Assembly (NCBI RefSeq): GCF_011745625.1
Contig: NW_027191480.1
Coordinates: 124,001-188,000 of the forward strand
DNA length: 64,000 nucleotides
Direction of reading: 5' to 3'
DNA from: Cladosporium halotolerans
Lineage: Eukaryota
Shown piece by piece: positions 57,151 through 64,000 of this stretch (positions within the stretch are counted from its first letter, which is position 1; each line of letters opens with the position of its first letter). A model generated the notes under the pieces. It was not told the DNA's origin. It saw only the letters and a program-made list of their open reading frames with translations, and did not search any database. The position numbers and the translations under genes are program-made.

Positions 57151-59010
57151 ATGCCGTTGTCTTTTAGGACAAGCACTAGAGCTTCTTCTTATTCGTTCTT
57201 CCTCAGCCACCAAAATGAGCAACTATCCACCGACGAGGCCACGCACCGGCAAAATACCATCGAACAGCAGCCACATGAGGCCTATGATAGCGATTGGAGT
57301 TCCGAGCCCCGAGATATTGAAACCACCGCGCGGTCTATTGACTCTGATGGAAGATATCTAAGTCGTGGATACTCCCTTTCTTCAACAGCTGCCGCAAGTG
57401 AAAAAGACCTCTCCTACGCCTATGATGATTCTGATCCGTCCGAACTGGAAGTGAGCCCAAATTTGCTGCGCTCGCACCAATCGACTTTGACGAGCGGCAC
57501 AGGCGAGTGGGTCGATTCCAGTCAACTGCGCCGCCGCTACGATCCAGAGATTACCTTGGGTCCCAAGGCTACGGGAAATGATTTCTCTTTGGACAAGCCC
57601 GATGATTTTCTCAAGCATCGCAAGCGACGACTCAATGATCGACAATACATTCCGCGCATACTGAACGGGAGAATTCCATTCTATCCAAACGAAGACATCG
57701 AGAAAGGATCTCCCGTTGGTACCGCGCCCCGCTTGACGACAATACCAAATCGAGCTCTTCTCAAGATAGGACTCGCTTTCACCCGCTTTGTGGCTCTATG
57801 GAAATTTCTAGGCCTCATTTGCTTGAATACAAACGTCAAACTCGTCGATATTGTATTCCCGGCTCCAGCAGGAGTGAAGCGTGTATGGTGGACATGTAAA
57901 TGTGGAATCGAGCTGTATGACGACTATCTGGATGATGAGCCGGAACGTGCATCCAAATCCACTTCTTGGTACAAGCACCAGTGGCCTCCAACAGAAGATT
58001 CGGATTTCACATCCGACGATGGTGCTTCCGAAGAAACAGTGAGCTTCAAGCTCAGCAAGGCATATGCACGAGCAACCTCCTTGATTGGAAGGAATGAGGA
58101 TTTACTAAGAACGGTCGATGGAGATCCGCGCAGTTTGGCCTCGGACCCACCAACACTCCCAGCCCAAGTGCATCCAAACCTGAGCTCCAGATACAGTGGC
58201 CGCCAAGCTACCGACAGCTGGAAGTCCACAACCAGAGGGCGTCCTGGCTTGTGGGGAAGAGAGTGGACACTCCCACTGTACCGTCAAAAGTCGGAATCAT
58301 CAGATGTGACAAGCATCGGCGGTGGCAGACGGTGTACGCCAGTGGCGCCTGAGTGGCTGATGCTCTGCGTCCCTTGCCACAAATATGCGAACAAACTCCT
58401 CCGCCTCGAGACGTCGGTATCACCCGAGACGGATCAGCAATTCTTCCGGCTGCTCAAAGACCAATACACTCGGTTACGCGGTGGTCTGCGTCGCGTGCTC
58501 CGCTTGCGAGCGATGATTGCAATACGCTTCGTCCGATTTGAAGCCTTCCACAACGACCTTGCTGACGTACGCGAGTATGACTGTCTTCCTCCCAAGTCGC
58601 AGAAGCATTGTTACAAGTTCCAGCCCTTAGCACCTGGCCAGAAACCTCCGCCGATCGGACAGAACCAGATGATGCATCTGTACGCACATCCTGAAGATGC
58701 GAGCGACTGGAGAGATCTGTTTCCCAGAGTGCCGCGAAAGGTCAAAGGACCGTTACCTGCATCTGCCGCGCTCACGCGGAGCAGGCACGAAGGCTATGCA
58801 AACCAAGGGTGGGGGCTGTGCTTCGTCGAGGGCATATCTTGGTGGCGCTTTTGTCTGTTTGGCTTTGCCGTGGTGTTGACCAGCATGGTGTTCGGCATAG
58901 TGTGGACTGTGGTGCAGGATGACATCCAGGGTGGGTTTGGTGTGGCGAGTTACATGCTTGGTGTGCAGGTGCTTGCGCTAGGGGCATTGCAAATGGTTTA
59001 TGAGATGTGA
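57151..59010 (+). CDS. Hypothetical protein (619 aa) with WxCxCG motif and two C-terminal TM helices
   Basis: Long uninterrupted ORF; RVWWTCKCG..LYDDY, PPIG...MMHLY, GWGLCFVEG, hydrophobic hairpin at the C-terminus. Start codon uncertain. Confidence 0.7.
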   Translation: MPLSFRTSTRASSYSFFLSHQNEQLSTDEATHRQNTIEQQPHEAYDSDWSSEPRDIETTARSIDSDGRYLSRGYSLSSTAAASEKDLSYAYDDSDPSELEVSPNLLRSHQSTLTSGTGEWVDSSQLRRRYDPEITLGPKATGNDFSLDKPDDFLKHRKRRLNDRQYIPRILNGRIPFYPNEDIEKGSPVGTAPRLTTIPNRALLKIGLAFTRFVALWKFLGLICLNTNVKLVDIVFPAPAGVKRVWWTCKCGIELYDDYLDDEPERASKSTSWYKHQWPPTEDSDFTSDDGASEETVSFKLSKAYARATSLIGRNEDLLRTVDGDPRSLASDPPTLPAQVHPNLSSRYSGRQATDSWKSTTRGRPGLWGREWTLPLYRQKSESSDVTSIGGGRRCTPVAPEWLMLCVPCHKYANKLLRLETSVSPETDQQFFRLLKDQYTRLRGGLRRVLRLRAMIAIRFVRFEAFHNDLADVREYDCLPPKSQKHCYKFQPLAPGQKPPPIGQNQMMHLYAHPEDASDWRDLFPRVPRKVKGPLPASAALTRSRHEGYANQGWGLCFVEGISWWRFCLFGFAVVLTSMVFGIVWTVVQDDIQGGFGVASYMLGVQVLALGALQMVYEM

Positions 59011-59259
59011 TGCATTTTGGCCGCATTGATGTCATTCCGCGGTATTACAGGACGCCTTTTGAGTATGTAGTGGGTTTTGTTTATCCTCGCATTCATCTTT
59101 TGAAGGGCGCCACGCGGCAGTGCATATTGGTAGGAAAGAGTTTTGATTGTCCCGTGCAATTGCACATGAATCCTAGAAGAAGATCAAGAGGTATGTCACC
59201 TCGCGCCTTAGTGGCCATCATCGAGAGAGATGAGTCCTGCTACCGAAGCTCACGGCTTT

Positions 59260-59792
59260 TCAAGAAAGCTCATCGGCGCCATCATCTTCACCCTCGCCCT
59301 TGACGACTGCGTTATCTTCGTTGTCGTTTTCAACCTCTCCATCCATATCGGTCTTTTTATTGTCCTTGCCCTTCCCTTTGGCAGCACGGCCCTTTTTCTT
59401 AGATGGGGTCTCCTCAGCTTCATCGTCAATGGCCTCCTCTATTACGAAAATTAGCTGGTCATCCCGACGGGTATATTCGGTAGGCACATACCATCCTTGC
59501 GCTTACGTCCAAGAGTCTTTTTGTTCGACTGCGGCGTAGTGGAGGCCTCACTCATGACTTTCTTGAGCGTTCTGCTGAACACGGTGGTGGCGCTAGCCTT
59601 GGTGAAACCGCCCAAGGTGGCGAAGCGATCCATGTCGATCTAAGCGTTAACAAGTTGTCAGTGAGAGCAGTATATTATGGACAAAGTATTGATACATACG
59701 TCTGGCTTAGACTTGAGAGACTGGAACAATGCGCAGATGATCTCGACGTCGCGCGGAGTGAGGTTGGGGGTGTTGAGAGTGGTCTCTGACAT
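59260..59792 (-). CDS. Small putative helix-turn-helix/Myb-like protein with K/E-rich tail, copy C (139 aa); introns 59640-59699, 59439-59491
   Basis: MSETTLNTPNLTPRDVEIICALFQSLKSKPD|IDMDRFATLGGFTKASATTVFSRTLKKV...; two GTATGT-TAG introns give 420 coding nt. Confidence 0.78.
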
Positions 59793-60110
59793 GTTGATAG
59801 GTTGTCGGTTTCTGAAGTGGTTGTGCTTTGGTTGAGAGGTGAAGTACCGGAGTATGTCGGACGGTCTGCACGAGATCGTTGTGATGGATGTGAGGAGAGC
59901 AGGTTTGATCGGAGAAAGGAGGGCAAAGAGTGTGACCTGAAAGAAATGGCGGAAAACGTGACTCGAGGGGCATTACGCTTGACACGTGATTGCGTCTGTT
60001 TCATATTTTCACATGCTGCCAGTTGTACAAGATACTTACACATCATCACCCTTTCCGCCGAAACAACATCGTCAGTTTGACGGCGATCTCTTCACCGGCG
60101 GGATCTTGCG

Positions 60111-62317
60111 CTAGCAAGACCATACGCCGACAACGCCGTCTTTTCGTCCCTCAATCATGTAACCGTCCTTGATTTTGACCCTTTCAACTGCTGCGGGCTT
60201 CGGCGCACCCTCCCCGAGATTGAGACCTGGACCACAGTCCCACTGTCTACCTTCGGCCTTGTCGTACACCTTGACCACATCTTCGCCGATGGCGCTCACG
60301 ATACGTCGCGAGTCGAACATCATGGACGAGACAGGAGAATCATACGCGAAGGCGTCGTGAATGCCACCAGTGCGAAGATCCCATATCTGCAACATGTTAG
60401 TTTCGTGAAAACGAAGAAGTTGAAGAAGGACAAACATACCCTGATACTGCGGTCCTGGCTGCCAGTGACAAGGTAGACGTCGTCGAACTGCAATGCAGTG
60501 ATAGGACCAGTGTGACCGACCAGACTTCGGTGCACCATTCCACTGCGCAAGTCCCACAGTCGAACCATGCCATCAGCTGTACCGCAAGCGAGAGCCGTTT
60601 CGAAGACTTGCAGAGCGCCCACAAAGTCCGCCTCAGCAGCAGGGACCCTACCGGCCGTCGGTCGCCACCAACTATCTGCGCCACCATTTCCTGAACCACT
60701 ACTGTTGTTGGTGGTGGGCTGTGCCGCTGCCCATAATACGTCCAGCGTCTGAACACAGCGTCCCTTTTCCAAGTCCCATTGTCGCAAAGTCTTGTCTGCG
60801 CTACCGCTGACAAGTGTATTGCCTCTGAAGTTTAAGGCCGTAACCTCTGCAACGTGCGCGGAAAGAGACAGAACGTGGCAGTCCTGCATTGCGTTGGCTT
60901 GCTTTGATGCTTGAGGAGCCTGCTCCTCCTCCTCGGGTATAGGTCCGAACAGGTGTTCGCCAGTCGCAGTGGATTCCTCGTGATCGTCGGATACGGAAGA
61001 CTTGGATGTAGCGCTCGGGGGAGGTGGTATGTAGTCGGCTTGGCTAAGATCCCAGAGCTTAATCGAAGCGTCCATTGAGCCTGTAGCTACCCAGTTGTCC
61101 TCGACCTGTAGACAGCGCACACTGCTCAGATGACCCTCGAGCATTCCCATGCAGCGTCCGGCGCTGAGATCCCATACTCTAACTGTATCATCCAAAGCTG
61201 CTGTAACCATCGTTCCAAACGGGGCATCAAAGTCAAGTGCAGTGATCATATCGTTATGCGCCGGTATTTCACGGATTCGAGAGCCAGGTTCCATGTAGTC
61301 GTGCAGAACTGGCATTGAGACCTTTCGTGGTGTCCGAGGGGCCTTTTTGCGCTTTGCCTTGGGCGTTTCGCTGCTATTTGCTTTGGGCAACTTGCCGTAC
61401 ACAGATTCTGACATGAATGATTCGTTCATACCGTCAGCTTCGGCAGATCCAGTTCCTTCAGGATCAGTCGCTCCAAGAGTAGGTGTCTTCGCATCCAGTG
61501 CAGCAGTATCCTCGAGTTCCTCTTGTATAACCTCTAGTTTTTCGGCCAGATCAACAACCTCCTGTTCCAAATCATGCTCTTCCTGCTCCAGTCCAGCCAG
61601 GCGATCTAGCACAACCTTCCTCATGGTGTTCAGGTTTGCGATCTTCGTGTCGATCTCTTTAATCTCGCTTGCGCACATGGTTTTTCTGATTCCCATCATC
61701 TCCAGTTTGTGGTCCGACCTGTCTTTCAGCTTCTGGAGCTTCTCCAGCTGCGGCGGGCCCTTTCCTTCCTCTGGCGCATCTAGCAGCTTTTGTCCTTTGG
61801 AGCCACGTTTTGAATGCTTCCGTCGCTTGTCGAGCGCATCATCTTCAGGCAAGCTAGCCTTGAAGCCTTCGAACAAGCTGAATGGGCTGGATGTCTCTTT
61901 CACGTTTCGTAACAGGTCGTCAGGGATATATGTGATTGCGCGGTGCTCGATCTCGGTGGTATCGAAGTGCGATCGTATAAGCTCGCGCGGGTTGGCCTTT
62001 GCGAGACTGAAGACAGATCGCTGGATCGCAGGTTTTCGCAGCGACCTGTGCATGTGGCCTAGCGCAGAGTGGTAGGAATCATGGTGCCCTGAATCGGTCC
62101 CTCCGAAGTTCGAGGAGATGAGTTGGCTGGCCGTTGCGTGGACAGTACGGCCAAGAGCCTCCAGTTGACGAGTCTACAACGCATCCATGTCAGCGCTTGC
62201 AAGATTCTATCCCACGAGGATACCTACGTTCACAAAGGACTCTTCCTCGTTGTCGAATGCTCTCTGAGGCCGAGATGTCCGTCGAGGAGACGTGCTCCGC
62301 CCACGACGGTCTGACAT
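60111..62317 (-). CDS. MDV1: Mitochondrial fission WD40 adaptor Mdv1/Caf4 (699 aa); introns 62174-62227, 60387-60439
   Basis: SLFEGFKASLP, coiled coil, ITALDFDAPFGTMVTAALDDTVRVWDL, LACGTADGMVRLWDLRSG, ends GVVGVWSC. Confidence 0.92.
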
Positions 62318-62631
62318 GGCTGCTGAAGAGCGCAAGGCGTGTAGCTTACTGGCTCATACCGAGAATGCGTGCAGAAAGACTCTGAGCAACAGCAGTGAAG
62401 CGTGACGACTGGGAGCTGCCTTGTTGATCGCGTGCACCGTCCACCTCGATCACAAGCCCAGCCGTTCCGCCGGCTGGACGCCAAACGTACGCCAAGCCGA
62501 GCGTGAACGGTGCGGGAAACAGTCATGGCGCGCCTGAAAGTCAGATAGCAAATAACGTACAATCATTGATTCTATTACATTTGTTGATACGGTCGCAAGT
62601 CAATCGCCAATTGTAGACCTTAGTCAGCACC

Positions 62632-63435
62632 ATGGACACTGCAATCGATATCAACGATGCCAGCAAGGCCCTGGATCTGGCACATATCCGCTTCCAATTG
62701 ATCAGATTAGAGGATACTGTGCTCTTCCACATCATCGAGCGAGTGCAATTCCCGTACAATGGCACTATCTACAAGGCTGGAGCAATCGATATTCCTGGAT
62801 CAGACCTCAGCTTCTCAGACTGGGTTCTGCGTGAGCAGGAAGTCATGCAATCTAAAATCCGCCGTTACCAGAGCCCTGACGAGTATCCCTTCTTCCCGGA
62901 CGCTATGCAAACTCCAATTCTTAAGGAGCTGAAGTACCCTAAGATTCTTTGGCCGAATACCGTCAATGTAAACAGCGAATTGAAGCAGCGCTACATCAAC
63001 GACATTCTCCCCGCCGCCTGCGCCAAGTTTGGACGTGAAGAACGTTCTGACTCACAAGAAAACTACGGAAGTGCTGCGACCGCAGACGTCAACACTCTTC
63101 AAGCACTGAGTCGACGCATTCATTTTGGCAAATTTGTCGCCGAGTCAAAGTTCCAATCAAATCCCGAGAAATTCGTCGCTCTTATCAAAGCCAAGGACAC
63201 GCAAGGCATTGATGATGCCATCACAAATGCGGCTGTCGAGAAGCAGGTACTGGAGAGATTACGGCTGAAGGCCAACACCTATGGCCAAGATCCGAATTTT
63301 TGCAGTGAAGGTGGTGTGCCAAAGGTCGATGTTGATGCTGTGGTGGCAATGTACAAGGATCATGTCATCCCGCTTACGAAAGTGGTTGAGGTCGACTACT
63401 TGATGGAGAGGCTGAAGGGTACCCAATGGGAATGA
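62632..63435 (+). CDS. ARO7: Chorismate mutase (267 aa, intronless)
   Basis: [60 protein letters not shown]. Confidence 0.96.
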   Translation: MDTAIDINDASKALDLAHIRFQLIRLEDTVLFHIIERVQFPYNGTIYKAGAIDIPGSDLSFSDWVLREQEVMQSKIRRYQSPDEYPFFPDAMQTPILKELKYPKILWPNTVNVNSELKQRYINDILPAACAKFGREERSDSQENYGSAATADVNTLQALSRRIHFGKFVAESKFQSNPEKFVALIKAKDTQGIDDAITNAAVEKQVLERLRLKANTYGQDPNFCSEGGVPKVDVDAVVAMYKDHVIPLTKVVEVDYLMERLKGTQWE

Positions 63436-64000
63436 GCATTTTGACCAAAAGATAGCTGTTGTTTTCACGTAAAAGGAGATTGAAAAGTTCATGCCGGAAT
63501 CTCCAAAGGCTACTTGTGGCGTTGTACTAGCTGTTGTGAGGATATCCAGGGTCGAAAGGGTCAGCGGTGGGCCATGAGTACTTGCCACGAGAATATCATG
63601 AAGGTAAACATATTTAACAAGAGCGTCTGTACGACACGGAACTCCATGAGTCTATTTCACACGAGCCCCCTAGACCTTGAGCACCAGACGACGTCTCTTG
63701 GCCTTACGGCCGGCCGCAGATTGTATTCTGTGACCAAGTTCAAAGGACAAATTTTCTCGGATCAAGCTCGAAAGACTCTGCCTTGAGGATGAGATAGTAT
63801 TTAGTGGCCTTGGGCAAGGCGTTGCTGCACGTTTCCCGCCACATGTCAATCAATTCGGTGAGCTCTTTGAGCGCGTGACAGCGTGAAGACGCTATTCCGA
63901 TTCGGGACGTCGCGCGCACGTCCACGCGCTCCTTCTGCCTCGGCGAGATCAACGACACGAGACACCACCACCAAATCAAAGGACCTGCAATGCACGATGC

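Noticed and set aside
50579..62317. Apparent cluster of mitochondrial genes (MIC60, MRPS8, MDV1)
   Set aside because: Interspersed with unrelated genes and in different pathways; compatible with chance.
63740..64000. 79-aa minus-strand ORF at the window edge
   Set aside because: Could be the 3' end of a gene outside the window, but nothing recognisable supports it.

Overview
Gene-dense, intron-containing filamentous ascomycete DNA. It is probably Dothideomycetes (Capnodiales/Mycosphaerellales-like), inferred from an aldehyde dehydrogenase closely resembling the Cladosporium Cla h 10 type. I reconstructed 31 protein-coding genes by hand, joining ORFs across introns with CTRAC/CTAAY branch points. 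All complete models come out as a whole number of codons. Most are housekeeping genes: a kinesin-4-like tail, VPS24, SBA1/p23, XAP5, UPF3, YRA1, aldA, an Rrn9-domain protein, JIP5, MIC60, MRPS8, MDV1 and ARO7. These are mixed with metabolic or accessory genes (MFS plus Zn2Cys6 pair, HAD hydrolase, carboxylesterase, GH36, beta-lactamase-fold esterase, phytase, ankyrin and F-box proteins). I saw no rRNA, tRNA, transposon or CRISPR. The best leads are invisible in the raw ORF track. (1) An ankyrin protein whose hidden first exon encodes an N/G/S/Q-rich motif resembling fungal NLR amyloid-signalling motifs, but with no NACHT domain. (2) Three divergent paralogues of a small basic/acidic putative helix-turn-helix protein family sharing intron positions. 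(3) An 800-nt PTC-bearing YRA1 intron, head-to-head with the NMD factor UPF3. (4) A GC-AG intron needed to make the F-box gene whole. (5) Recurrent C-rich-to-G-rich skew flips within coding DNA. All identifications are from motif recognition, not database searches.
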